Source: Epiperipatus broadwayi
Lineage: Eukaryota; Animalia; Onychophora
Direction of reading: 5' to 3'
NCBI GenBank assembly: GCA_028023455.1
Contig: JAQFVV010000002.1
Location: 26,784,001-26,848,000, forward strand
Length of the DNA stretch: 64,000 nt
The translations under genes were made by a program, and so were the position numbers. Under the pieces are notes generated by a model. The model had not been told where the DNA came from and did not search any database. It saw only the letters and a list, made by a program, of their open reading frames with translations. Of this stretch, positions 51,501-64,000 are shown one piece after another (the stretch's first letter is position 1; the number at the start of each line of letters is the position of its first letter).

Positions 51501-54199
51501 CATTGTGCTCGTGGTTTAAAATTAGGCGGGATCTTCGGTATATACGTGTATTGCAGACACACTACGATCGATTGGGGTTCAAACTAAGGTATGAGGGTAG
51601 GAAGTAGGTGAGAAAAGGTGAAATGAAGATCTGCAAAGCAGACCTTACTGTTTCAATACTTAAACCCTTGGGTTGAAATGATAGATGGATTCATCCTATC
51701 TTTTCACAAAGACTTTATCTTGTATTTGAAAAAATGACAGTATTCATTTATAATTAAATCCACAAAGTGCGCGTGCATTAGCTTAATGCTAATTATTCTT
51801 ACATAATAAATAATCTAACACAGTTAATGTATATATGCCAAAAAAAAAAAAAAAACTGTAATTCTAGATTTTTAATTATCATAATTCAATTGGTAGAATA
51901 TAAACTTGTGCCAATTCAAGAAACCTAAGTTTATAATGGAGCATTTTGCCGACCTTTGTAGAAACATCTAGATAGTTTAACATAATTTTTATTTATTATT
52001 TTTTGCCATAAATATGTTAATTTTTTTTATTAGAAAAAAATTTGTAAAAATTAATGAATTTATATCAACCTTTACTCTTTAAATCAAAGTCTGTTAATAT
52101 TGTTTAATTCATCTTTCACATTTTTTGTTCTAAAGAAATTTCGACTTTCCTGATAGCTATCTCTATGAAAACTGTTGATGATAAAATATTTTATCGTAAT
52201 TTATTTATGATTTTTTGTTTAATTCTACTTTTTTTTTTGTATGTCGCTTAAATTAAACTTACTACTTTATTTGCATTTTCCTTTTATTATACTTAAATCT
52301 TTCATTTTTTAAAAATTATTTTGTTTAATTTATAGATTCTTGAATAATTTGCTTATTTTGCAACAAATAATAAATTTAAATTATATATATATAAATACCT
52401 GATAGTTTCTATACTATTAAAAACGGGGAAATTATTGTATTGAATATAATCACTTTCATTTTATAGAAACAGTTTTTGTGCAAACAAACACATAAATTTA
52501 GGTACAACATACAGTGAATATATAATAAATAATTAAATATAAAAAAAGTCCTAAAATTAATGGAACAATTCTTTAGCAATTGAACTTCATTTTAAAATAA
52601 AATATAGAAAGTAGATCACATTTTAAGTTTTTTTTTTAAAAATTAAACTATGAAGTAATTTTTTGTTTTAAATAGTAAAAGTTTTATAAGATAAAGTAGG
52701 GATATTTCCATTTAATAATCAGAGAAATGTTCAGCAGACGTTGTTTCTAAGAAATCATCAATTAATAATTAGGGACAGAGCTAACGCTAAATTACTTTGC
52801 TCTAGTTCCCAATCATAGCTTTTTTGTCTTGAGTTTAATTAGAAATTAAAGAAAGTCTGCTCTTATTTTTAACCCAAATTGTTATATGGATTTAAACTCA
52901 GACAGTTATTTTTGCAAGGATTATAAGATTCAACTCTTCTTTTGATAAGTTGTAAATAATAATTCATATACAACTCGCAGGGGAAAGAAGAATTATTATT
53001 TATAGAATTTCAAAAGAAGATATGAATTTTCTAATTCCTCATACTTATAAAAAATAGATGACTGGGTTTAAATTTATATAACAACTTCGAGTTAAAAATA
53101 AAAGAGACCTAATTTTATTTCTAATTAAACTGAAAATAAAAAAGCTATTACTATGCACTACAGCAAGTAAAACTTTAGTCTTAGGTCACAAGAGTACTTG
53201 ATAGTTTCTAACAACAATCATTGCAAAACATATCTTTAGTTATTACATGGATAAAATCTCACATTTTACTTTGTTAATATCATAATAAATCCATAAAAAT
53301 ATTTAATCTAATAAATATATAACAATATAACTTTATTAAGATTTTATATTGATATATATTATGTGGACAATGAAGCTATGAACTAAGCTGTATCATTATA
53401 CATGACTTCCAATTATAAACTACCCCCCAAAAAATGTAAATAAACCCAAATTTAAAAAAACATGTAATAAAAATAATGAAACTTATAAACTTATTAAATT
53501 TTACAAATTTAGATATGGTGACAGTCATTTTTTCTCTCTCTAAATATCATATTCTTAAATCTCCAACAAGAATTTATTTAATCAAATTTTCTTCATGATT
53601 TAGTTGTAAGCACATGAGCAGAATTTTTCTTTGTATTTTTTTTTTTCAAAATATTTTATTCTGTATATAGTATGTAATGCAACGAGCGATAAATTTTAAA
53701 AAAAGTTATAAATTTTCATTAAATAGGAAAAATAAGAAGTTGTATTCTGAAGTAGGCTGTATGTTTCAAAAGAATAAATCTTCAATCAGAGAAATTATAA
53801 ATTTTGTTTAATTTTACTTTGTAAATGTAAACTATATGTATAAAAAAGCATCCATTATATATATATTGTAATAGTGGAATTTGAGTTCAAACGCTGTGAT
53901 TTTTTGAAAAATTTAATATTGGTCATGTTATCATTATAATGACGTAATAAAAAAGATAACATATAAATATAAGAGATAAATCATCAATATTTAATTACTA
54001 TACACAATTGCATAAAGCATTAAGTCACTGTTGGATATATATGTGCGGAATTATATGTTGGCATGATTGAACGATAATGAATAAAAAGTATTCATATATT
54101 CTGATTAAAATATTAGTTATTTTCTGTAAAACAAATGAGTAAGAAGGAATATCAAAATTTATTTATTATGTATTTTTTATATTCTAACATATAAAATTA

Positions 54200-54304
54200 T
54201 GTTGTGGAGAAGAGAAGCTAAAGATCGGAGAAGATGGATTAAACTTGGAGAGACCTTCATCCTGCAGTGGATTGATAATGGTTGATGATGATGATGATGA
54301 TGAT
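54200..54304 (+). mobile_element. Short 5'-truncated RTE copy with (GAT)n tail
   Basis: Nearly identical to 56290-56389 (AGAGAAGCTAAAGATC...GAGACCTTCATCCTGCAG...GATGATGAT). Confidence 0.9.
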
Positions 54305-55189
54305 ATTTTTATAAAGATATTTTAAGGACAGGAAATGCCAATTTATTGGAAAAGATATTAAATAAATGAATGAGCAAATGAGCTTGATCCAAATGAGACA
54401 TCTTTTTTCAAAAAAATAAAAATAACAAGAACTCCAAATTTTATTTAATATATATTAATAATTTAGTATAAATTTACTGGTTATACTTGTAATTTACTTT
54501 GAACCATGATGAGTCAGATGGGGTGAATAATAAAACTTCCAGTTATGGATACCAGCCTTTTCTGTAGAGAATCTATATAAAGTAATGTTAAATTCGAAAC
54601 TGAGTAATGAAATATAAATTCGTAAAGTCACTTAAAGGAATAAACAATTACATTATTAATGCACAATTGTAATTCATGATAAAACATGCTAAATGCAAAT
54701 AGGAAATATGATCTTAAATTTAAACGTAGTCGTCAAAGTTTATAATTCTAAAATGAAATGTTCATATTTGAAAAATATAAATTTTATATACATAAATTAT
54801 ATATAATTGATTATCTTGGGATTTCAGCAGAAGATTGAAAGAATATTGAACTATAAATTTTTTTTATGTTTGTTTATAAATATAGGTACAATTATACTGT
54901 AAAAATTGTATTATCATTAATAAATACTATGCTTAGTTGGCATTCCTTACAAATAGAATAAAGTATTTGTTAGGTAATTGATTTAGCTTATTTAAATATT
55001 TACATTGAATGTATGTGTATTATTCAGTATACATCTATATATTTTGTAGCTGAAAGAAATTGTGGTAAATTGTTAATAATATCTATTGGGAGTCATTATT
55101 CTCATTATCAAAAGCATGTCTACATCTCTCACTGTATATTTAATCAGTTTTATATAAAATTTTTACCAAGATAATTATAATTTGTCTAC

Positions 55190-56389
55190 AGAGAACATTG
55201 GATTTTCACCAACCAAGAGAACAAGCTGGATTTAAAAGTGGTTTTAGTACAGTGGATCATATTTAGGTATTGAGAGAAGTTATAGAAAGGATAAATGAAT
55301 ATGAGTTGTCATTATGTTTTGGATTTGTAAATTATGAAAAGGCATTTGATTCTATAAACATTTCTTCAGTGATTAAAGCATTGGATCATCAAGGTATAGA
55401 TCCAGGATATTGTCATATTTTAAAGAATATTTATAAAAATGCAACAGCAACAATTAGATTACATAATGATACTGGGAAAGTCAACATTGAGAAAGGTGTA
55501 AGACAAGGTGACTCCATATCTCCAAAACTTTTTACAGCAGTGCTGCAAGAAGTATTTTGTGGATTAAAATGGGAAACTAAAGGAGTGAAAGTAAATGGAG
55601 ATTATTTAAGTCATTTAGATTTCACAGATGATGTAGTTCTTTTTGCAAATAATGCTTCAGAGCTGCAGGAAATGTTGCAGGAGTTATCAGATGAAAGTAG
55701 AAAAGTAGGACTAAAGATAAATGTTAAAAAAACTAAAGTAATGTTTAATCGATTTGCTCAAAATATGAAAATAAAGATTGATTATGATGAATTAGAAGAA
55801 GTTAACAGTTACAAATATCTTGGTCAGATTATTAATACAGATGGAAACATAATGGAGGCAATTAATCATAGAATTAAACTTGGTTGGAGTGCTTTTGGTA
55901 GAAATAACTTAATACTAAAAGAAAATATGCCTATGTGTTTGAAAAGGAAGGTTTTTAACAAATGTGTTTTACCAGTTCTTACTTATGGATCTGAGACTTG
56001 GACACTCAATAGAAGAGCAATACAGAGACTTCAGACCACTCAAAGAAGTATGGAGAGATGTATGTTGGGAGTAACAAGAAGAGATCGAAAACGCAATGTA
56101 TGGGTAAGAGCACAAACAGGTGTTACTGACCTCATTGAAAAAATTAAAAGATTAAAGTGGAGTTGGGGTGGACATATTGCTAGAAGAGATGATAATAGAT
56201 GGACAATTGAAATTTTAAACTGGATTCCAAGAGATTGTAAAAGACCACATGTGAGATGGATGGATGAAATAAGAAAGTGTGCAGGGGTAATGTGGAGTAG
56301 AGAAGCTAAAGATCAGAGAAGATAGATTAAACTTGGAGAGACCTTCATCCTGCAGCGGATCGATAATGGTTGATAATGATGATGATGAT
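55190..56389 (+). mobile_element. RTE-clade LINE, 5'-truncated RT (ORF 55270-56325) with (GAT)n tail
   Basis: QPREQAGFKSGFSTVDHI*, NYEKAFDS, VRQGDSISPKLF, FTDD, YKYLG, PVLTYGSETW, WGGHIARR; premature stop and small deletion. Confidence 0.93.
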
Positions 56390-57838
56390 ATTTAATCTAC
56401 TGAAATAATTGGTTTGGTAAAAAATTTAAAAATATTTGTAATAAAAACTTAGCCATAAGATTGCAAAATAAAAATATAAAGCTTTACAAAGTGGTAAGCG
56501 AATCAAGCATACTAACTAAAGTTATTTAACAAAATACATCATATTAATGTCAATAATATTATACCGATATATATGACCTAGTTTGGTTTTCGTGAACTGT
56601 TTATAACATATGTTAACACAACTCTAAAAATATTTTATTAAACACCATACTTTATTATCTGCCAATTAAATAATATACTGTTCGATAAAGTACTTATTTA
56701 TTTGAATAATATTTATTGATTTATTTTTTCTTGTTATTATATTAAATGAATTTCATTTCGTTAATTACATTTTTTTTTAAATCACTCATCACGAGTTATC
56801 TCTTTCATCACTAATCATATATATTTGAATATTATACATTTATTATAATTACTAACAAACTTCTATACGGGAATCCCTGAAAATTAAATAGTCTTGTATA
56901 TTATTAATATGATTATTTAATATTCTTTCACAATATTGTTTGGGTTCATTAAAATCCTTTGCAATTCAAACTATATTTAATAAATAAGCATCTCTATTCA
57001 TATCAATTGTTATTATTTGCTAGCCCAGAATAATAGAGAGACATTCAATATGGTCTTTTAATCATTAAGACTATATTAATATCTAAATGTTTTAAATAAT
57101 TATGACACATTGCTCCATTCACTTGTTCCCTTGTGGAGATAAAAAGTACCATAATAATATATAAATGTGTTGAAAAGTATTGTACTGTTCATTTATAGTA
57201 CAATAGACAATACTTATAGTATTATAAATAAAACTTGTCAGCCAAATGAGAGATATTATATATGATTTACGATGTACAGAAAGGAGGCTTGGAATAAAAT
57301 ATAGCAGGTATTGCAGCTCTACTATATATAAAAATTGCAGCTTTTGTTTAATTGAACAATTTATTGCAATGCAAAGACCCCTCTCCTAAGGAAGGTGAAA
57401 GCAGTACTTACCAGCTTACCAATTACAATGTAGATAAAGATTTAAAAAAGTTTTCCAAGAATAGTTAAATAATTAATTACCAAAAAATATTAGATAGCTG
57501 GGGAGGCTAGGACCAGCTATGGCAGGGAGGGAGGGATCCAAGCATTCTCAAAAAATGTTCAAATTTACTTGACCCAAATTTGATCATAGGTATGATAGGT
57601 GAATATGCTATCATTTTACCTTGAGGCCCTCCCGTGTGTTGGAGAGAATAATCTAATGATTTTTGACAAACTAGCAAATAATTTTTCATCTTCTCTAATA
57701 TGTAACACTTACAATATAACCTATTCATAAAACAATTATCTTAATAACGTTTCAGATTCAATTGCTTCATGAATAGGTTATATAGATAGAGAAATTGAAA
57801 CTATAATTTCCAAAAAAAAAAAGTGAATTCAAATTTAC

Positions 57839-57991
57839 CTAAAGATGCCATAAGTTTATCCTGTTCCAGGAGTATTTCTTCTTCAGTCATTCGACTGAGA
57901 AAAGAGACATTTCTTTGGTGGATTGTTTCAACTTCAGATTGACCTAAAATACTTCCTATACCAGAGCCATCGATGAGGCGACTTTTATTAC
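57839..57991 (-). CDS. RPAP1: RPAP1 exon 4 (phase 1-1)
   Basis: NKSRLIDGSGIGSILGQSEVETIHQRNVSFLSRMTEEEILLEQDKLMASL (RPAP1_N). Confidence 0.95.
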
Positions 57992-58134
57992 CTAAAATGT
58001 AAAATACAATAAAGTTTAAAACTGAATAATAATCATTCTCTAGTAATAAAAATATCATTCTAGATTAGATATTATTTAATAGTAACATTAATAAGGTCAA
58101 TTTCATTTATAAATTATTCATACATGGAATAATA

Positions 58135-58430
58135 ATAAACAATGAGCATTGCCAATTGGTCAACAAGTTTTGTGATAAATGCTTAACCAGTGAAAGCACT
58201 TAAAATAGCTCTGTTAGGACACCCCCCCCCCAACCTCTGACCATAGTTTTGTGCTTTGGCACTGCTCAGAGAGGCGCTAGGATAGCTTCAGTCACTCTGA
58301 GGAATGCCAAAACACGAAACCATGGTCAGAGGTTAGGGGGGGTTTTCCTGACAGAGATATTTTAAATGCTTTCTCTGGCTAAGCATTTATCACAAAGCTT
58401 GTTGAGCAATTGGCAATGCTCATTGTTTAT
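58135..58430. mobile_element. Head-to-head inverted pLTR-like pair with canonical-core hammerheads
   Basis: Arms about 58135-58271 and 58295-58430; right arm CUGAGGA A UG ccaaaa CAC GAA ACCAUGGU C AGAGG; left arm supplies CCUCU for helix I. Confidence 0.82.
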
Positions 58431-59927
58431 ATCTTACAAGCTTAAGAGAATTGAGTCATGTGATCTATGATTCTTATTTTGACTATGAAATAATAATGTT
58501 TTCTTTATCTCAGCTAATTCAAATTAACTTCTGAGATTAATCTAGCTTGTGCCTTTATTAAAATAATTTTTAATAACTATAAAATTTAAAATTGTACTTG
58601 CAAAGCATTAATAAAAAGAATACAATAAATAAAAAAAGATACAATCTTTTACTTCATTTCTATCTAACCTCAATGCAATTATGATTATTTTACTTACAAA
58701 ATTAGTTAACAAATAAATACATCAATTTTTAAAACATGAAAATAAAGCTAGTTAAAATTAGACATATTCGGAAACTTCATGTATTTAATGACTTAATATT
58801 TTTTCATTAAGAGGTATAACCATATAGTTACTAAATTATATTTTAATAAAATATTATTTTTGAGGGACAATTTTAAATCATGTGAACAGAATGAATTCAG
58901 TATATAAAAAGTTAGAGAAAAATTAGATAATTTATTACTCCAAGGACTATCTTAATATTTTTTTTACATGTTGTAATATCAAATCAAACCCATACTTTAA
59001 TAATAAAAAAAGTCATTTAAAAAAATGGTTTTACAATAAATGAACCAAATTAAATATAAATTGAAGACCCAAAAGTTTTTGGGAATTATGTAACTGGTAT
59101 TGGTATAAATTACAAAAATTATATTATCTCATCACTAACTGAATTTGAATAATATTTATTCTCAAATATCAATCAAAATAGGTTATTTTATTTTATTAAT
59201 AACAACATCTATTCTTAGTATTTTAATAGTATTATAATTATTAGTTTCAAATATGAGAGACAAATAAATAAAAATTGCTCAGTTACCAAGGAGATCATGT
59301 GACATTTGAGCAAATAAATTCCGAGTTTCACACAATATTTTCATTCAATTATCATATTGAGATTTTTTTTTTTTATTCTGCTAAAAAACAATGTCAGTAT
59401 TGATGTCTAGTGTTCCTTGCTTTTCCATAAATCAGCTCGATCCATCTGCCAATCTCCTTTCACATTTTCAATGATGGGAAAAAAGACCATTTAGGTAAGG
59501 CCGCAGCAAATAATGCAAATATTGAATTAAGAATTAAACAAAATAAAATATTTATTATTTTCTCGACTACATCTTTTTCTCTCTCCAATCTTTACAATAG
59601 TTCTAGTACATTTTATCAGCAGTACAATATTGCAATAAATTATTGTGTGATCTATCTGACTATGGATTTAATTTATATGACACTGAAGGCATTTTGTCTG
59701 TCTGTGATTTTCATAGATGAATGTATACTAGTAAAAATTTTATTTTATTTCATTTTATTATTATTATTTGAGTTTTTATTAGTATGGTTAAATCAAATAA
59801 GATAAGAAAAACACACAAAAAATAATGCATTATAAGATTTACTATTTTATACGAAATTATTTTTATCCACTCAAAAATATTATCAAAACAAAACTAGAAA
59901 AAAAAAAAAAAATACACAGATATTTAC

Positions 59928-60099
59928 TGAAACTGGCTTCGTTAATCATAGACTTTTGTTCAGCTATATCTTCTACCTGCATAAGATCACAATGTTGGTC
60001 TCCCTTACTATTTTGTACATCAGGTGTACTAAGTTGAGTTGATTTGGCAAACTGCTTAGCAAAAAGACTCTTTCTTTTTCTTCCATCCTTTTGAGAATC
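59928..60099 (-). CDS. RPAP1: RPAP1 exon 3 (phase 0-1)
   Basis: DSQKDGRKRKSLFAKQFAKS...EASF (K-S-L-F-A-x-Q motif); tttgaag acceptor, gtaaat donor. Confidence 0.88.
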
Positions 60100-60285
60100 C
60101 TTCAAATTAAAATAAAATTGAAGATTAAATATTCTCAGACTTTAATTTTAAAAAAAAAGTTTGCAAAAATAAATAATATTAATTCAAAGATGAATCAATT
60201 AAAATTACCCCCCCCCCCAATTATTATATATACTTATTAAAAAAATCACCTCACCTTCTCTTAAAAATAATTTAATTTTATTTAC

Positions 60286-60375
60286 CTGAGTTATACTTTG
60301 CTGAGCAACAACATCAGGAAAGGCACGACCTGTAGATTTAGGAGCGAGAATTCTGACATTGCTAACCTCACGTTC
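60286..60375 (-). CDS. RPAP1: RPAP1 exon 2 (phase 0-0)
   Basis: EREVSNVRILAPKSTGRAFPDVVAQQSITQ; ttcgcag acceptor, gtaaat donor. Confidence 0.85.
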
Positions 60376-61280
60376 CTGCGAATAAAGACCAGGAAATACA
60401 ATGAATTATTTGATCAATAATATTGATTTTTTTTTTAAAGAAAAAAAAATGAATTTTTCGTTTATTATCAATAAAAAGAAAGAAAAATATTATCAATAAA
60501 AAAATAAGAAAAATAAGAAAACATTTATATAAAATCTTTATATTTCTAGATGGCTTAATTAATGAAAATTTATTTTTCCATTGATCAAATATCTATCTTA
60601 TTAGTTAAAGCTATATTTAAAGTCATTCAAAACAACACACAAAATAACATTAGTTTAAATGTTATCTCATTTTAAAACAATTTCCAAAGAATGAATTAGT
60701 TAAATTGGTTTTCGTAATTAATTTGACTTTAATCCAAAATATCCTTTATTGATATTATGGTTTCCTATAAATTGATTCCCATGGCTGATTTTCCAATGCT
60801 AAAACACTTAGCATACTTTATAAATTTTTATTTGCACATATAAAAAAAACTGGGAGTCAAAATTGCTGTTATAAGTAATTAAGTGTGTCTGCATATAAAC
60901 ACACAATCTCATAGTTATGTTTAATGCAAAAAAAAATAACCAACAGTATGAGTAGTTTTTTTTTTTGTTTGAAAAACAAATAACAAAAAAAAATAGAATA
61001 AAAATAAATTATTAGAAAACGTAAAGCAACGATTGTTTGTGTAATTAAACAATATCTACCTATTGATGAGATAATATCACAGTCTAAAATTGCAAGTGAT
61101 ACTCTTGGTAGGCCCATTTATTGCTTGTGTGCAAAGATATATAATATAATCACAGCATGAAAGTCTAAATACTCCTACAACATTTTATTAATATATATAG
61201 ACTTCAAAAACAACTAGAGTAATCTTTAAAAAATTACACATATTACAAAATAATATGAGATTGTCTTTTTATAAACTTAC

Positions 61281-61321
61281 TATGATTTCTGATAGCACTG
61301 CAGTTACATGTTCATCATATT
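61281..61321 (-). CDS. RPAP1: RPAP1 first exon seen (phase 1-0)
   Basis: YDEHVTAVLSEII; joins the next exon to give VLSEIIER; ttttgcag acceptor, gtaagt donor. Confidence 0.8.
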
Positions 61322-61402
61322 CTGCAAAAGAACAATAAATAAATTAAATTTATTTTTTGTTAAACTTTTAAACAAAATTTCTTTCTAAGCTCAATAAAAA
61401 CA

Positions 61403-61610
61403 AAGTAATTTAACTGAAAATTTTTGGTACGCAATATCTCAAGGAAACGTAATGTGGATAAAGATTTTAAGCGTATCTCATATGTTTTTGCATAGTTATC
61501 CACATTAAAGTAATTTAACTTTGAAAATTTTTGTTATGCAATATCTTGAGGAAATGTAACGTGAAAAAAGATTGTTTTTGTATATAATTATCCATATTAA
61601 AGTAAATTAA
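61403..61610 (+). repeat. Diverged tandem duplication, period about 105 bp
   Basis: AAGTAATTTAACT...GCAATATCT...GGAAA.GTAA...TTATCCA.ATTAAAGTAA occurs twice. Confidence 0.7.
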
Positions 61611-61699
61611 GTAAATAGGTCTATAAATTAATAACAATATATAATAATGAATATAATAAAAAAATGTCGAAAATTAAGATTCCAAAATTAATAAAAATT

Positions 61700-61940
61700 A
61701 AAAAATAATGTTAAAAAACGATTTTTTAAAAATAATGTTTTTATGTAAACAATTGACTAAAAAGTACAAAAATAACGAAGTAATTGTTTGAAGTCTTTTT
61801 GATTTTTATGGCCTTAAATGCTTTAATGAAATGACATATACTTTTTAGTTGTATTACTTTGTTATTTTTGCACTTTTTAGTTGGCTGTTTACATAAAAGA
61901 TTATTTTTTAAAAAATATTTTTTTTACATATTATTTTTTT
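61700..61940. repeat. AT-rich diverged inverted repeat
   Basis: TTTTATGTAAACA....ACTAAAAAGT.CAAAAATAAC.AAGTAAT and its complement about 60 bp downstream. Confidence 0.6.
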
Positions 61941-62875
61941 ACTTTTTAGTTATATTTATGTATTATTTTAAAAAATAGTTAAAACTACAAAACATCTGAC
62001 AAAAATTATAATTTCATAATAAGATTTGAAAATAAAAAATATACCCTCTAACACATGAATTTTACATTTAAATATCATGTAATTGTCTAATATATAAAAA
62101 AATTTAAGTATTGGCTTTTTAATTAAATATAAGTTAAATGAATGATAAAATTTTATTCTACAAATATAATGTTGCCATCAGATATATATTTCTTTATTTT
62201 AATTAATTAAGTGTTACTTAAAAACAAAACATTAATCTACAAATGTTATATTTCTATTAGCAGTTGTTAAGGAGTTCTCTTGGGAAGCGTAAGGATGTGA
62301 ATGTGTACATACAGACAGAAACCTACACAGACATGGCAAGTTAATATAAAGTGTTTAATAATTTATGAAGAGTGCATATTAAATCCAATTGCACAAACAT
62401 ACGGTTTTTATTTTAAATCATAAAATGATTAAAATTACGTTTCACTGTGCTTTATCTTTATGCATAATTATTTAATAACTTGGATGTTATTTGAAAATGT
62501 TTAATTAAAGTTTAAGTCTTTAAAAAACTGGATTTAAGAATCAGAAGTATTCAGAAAGTTTTTAGCTATTAGATGTGAATTTCTTATATTAATGCTCTTG
62601 TATAAAATCTCTTTAAATCTTGAAATTTACATATATTTTCAAATGAAACAATAAAAATACTACTAGCATAGGATTTTTAAGCAGGCAATAAAATAGCACA
62701 AAAATAATATCAACAATGATATTTCAACCAAAAAAGTGGACATCAGAATTTCCAAGAATTAAAAAAAAAAAGGGTAATCAGAGCTGCCTTTGTGTTGTTT
62801 TATTACACATTTACAAATATGAGATAAAATCAAATGACGGCTGTCAAAAGAATAGAATTGCATTTGGCAGATTAA

Positions 62876-63050
62876 ATATATATATATGTATTGTTCTGAG
62901 ATTACTGGATAGTGCCTAAATGAATCAATCTGCTTATATAAATAATTCCCTTTATAGTTTCCACGCTAATATATATGTATTGTTCTGAGATTACTGAATG
63001 ATTCCTAGATGAATCAATCTGCATATATAAACAATTCCCTTTATGTAAAT
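62876..63050 (+). repeat. Tandem duplication, period about 90 bp
   Basis: TATGTATTGTTCTGAGATTACTG...ATGAATCAATCTGC.TATATAAA.AATTCCCTTTAT occurs twice. Confidence 0.85.
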
Positions 63051-63649
63051 ATAATGAGCCATTCATTTCCATGCTAAATTTTTTATCGTTTAAAAAATAT
63101 ATATATAACAATAAAAATTTAAGTTTTTTAATTAAATCTAATTAACATTGAAATTGATGATGATGATCAAACCATGTGTGACTTATATAATTTTTATTCT
63201 CTAAGATCCCTTGGAGGATTGTAATCATCTCTCATTTATAAATATTTTTGGGGCATGAACTATGTCATTTCTTAATTTTTTAGAATGCCGCTTTCATTTA
63301 AAAAGAACATCTATGAATACATTATACCTTCAAATAATACTATTCTAATTTGATGCCATTAACAACATTCTAGCACTTCTCCCGTTCAGAACATGATTTC
63401 TCATGATTAAGAGTGATCTGTTCAGGTACACATTTGGAATGATATCAATGAAAGAAGAATGGCATGGTTTCTAATATTCTGCATTAGATTAGCAAAATCA
63501 ATAAATAATAATTTTAAAAATTTAACTCTGAATTTCTGATATTTGTTTTCTAATAATGAACTACTTATTAAAAAATAAGTTCATATATATTACTTTTTAT
63601 AAATCACATATTCACTCTAATGTAAATTTTTTTATATTATTCCTTTAAT

Positions 63650-64000
63650 TTTCTAACACTTTCGACTGTCCTCATCAGAGCTACATTTAAACATATAATC
63701 ATATAACCATTATTCTATATATATATATAAAAATACCTATTTTACATTATAATTCATAATCATATTTTATTTTTAATCCTATACCTTTACTTCCCTTTTT
63801 TTCCTAATTATTATTTCCTCATTATTTCTTTACTATTTCTATTTTCTTTTTTAGCTTTTCTTCCTATCTATCATTCTACATTACTCTCTAATATATTTTT
63901 ATCACCTATTTATTTTACTTTTAAAATATGTATTTTTACATGTATATAGGATAATGGTTATATGATTATATGTTAAATGTTGTAGCTCTGATGAAGACTG
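63650..64000. mobile_element. Head-to-head inverted pLTR-like pair with CTGATGA hammerhead cores (runs off window end)
   Basis: Left arm, minus strand: GTAGCT CTGATGA GGACAGTC GAAA GTGTT. Right arm: GTAGCT CTGATGA AGACTG at the window end. Flanks are complementary. Confidence 0.7.

Larger units (their letters stand above)
4522..61321 (-). other. RPAP1: RPAP1 gene body (partial; 15 exons found, gene runs off both ends of the window)
   Basis: Spliced frame contains KSLFAKQF, the RPAP1_N-like IHQRNVSFLSRMTEEEILLEQDKLMASLDPKIIAFVK, and the RPAP1_C-like ARFDFSG...GLHHHGDQPEVAGYSIEDLFQIIRSSFPSQRVIALQTL, plus LRYALDD and LLPRLRYVLEV. All junctions are GT-AG and phases match. Confidence 0.95.

Noticed and set aside
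16578-63700. Selective inactivation of hammerheads on the RPAP1 sense strand
   Set aside because: Plus-strand arms carry comparable lesions, many explained by CpG decay at C-GAAA; no asymmetry can be shown from seven elements.
1-64000. CRISPR array, operon or other prokaryotic system; most short ORFs in the track
   Set aside because: Spliceosomal gene structure and eukaryotic TEs throughout, and no repeat-spacer array. The 60-130 aa ORFs are low-complexity, antisense to TEs, or overlap exons already assigned.
61400-64000. RPAP1 start exon
   Set aside because: No RPKP...DLL-type N-terminal exon with matching phase was found; it is presumed to be beyond the window.

Overview
AT-rich eukaryotic genomic DNA (invertebrate, probably arthropod). 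The whole window lies inside one minus-strand gene, RPAP1 (RNA polymerase II-associated protein 1; Rba50/MINIYO family). I reconstructed 15 phase-consistent GT-AG exons (1825 nt, about 608 codons) between 61321 and 4522; the first and last exons appear to lie outside the window. The introns hold many transposon relics: a Ty3/Gypsy integrase with 3' LTR, degenerate Penelope-like elements (PLEs), several RTE LINE copies, an uninterrupted 638-aa L1/Tx1-clade RT ORF nested in a pogo/Tigger-like MITE, and mariner and hAT fragments. The main signal is at least seven head-to-head inverted repeats whose arms carry hammerhead-ribozyme (HHR) motifs, several joined to the end of a PLE GIY-YIG ORF. Two diverged PLE families (21.3-21.7 kb and 39.5-40.05 kb) share a non-canonical core, AUGAUUA instead of CUGANGA, which is a compensatory A3-U8 swap of the C3-G8 tertiary pair, while their helices co-vary. 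A third PLE family (7.9-8.5 kb and 16.4-17.0 kb) has a tRNA-like A-box/B-box segment directly upstream of its HHR. All homology calls are from motif recognition by eye; no database search was run.
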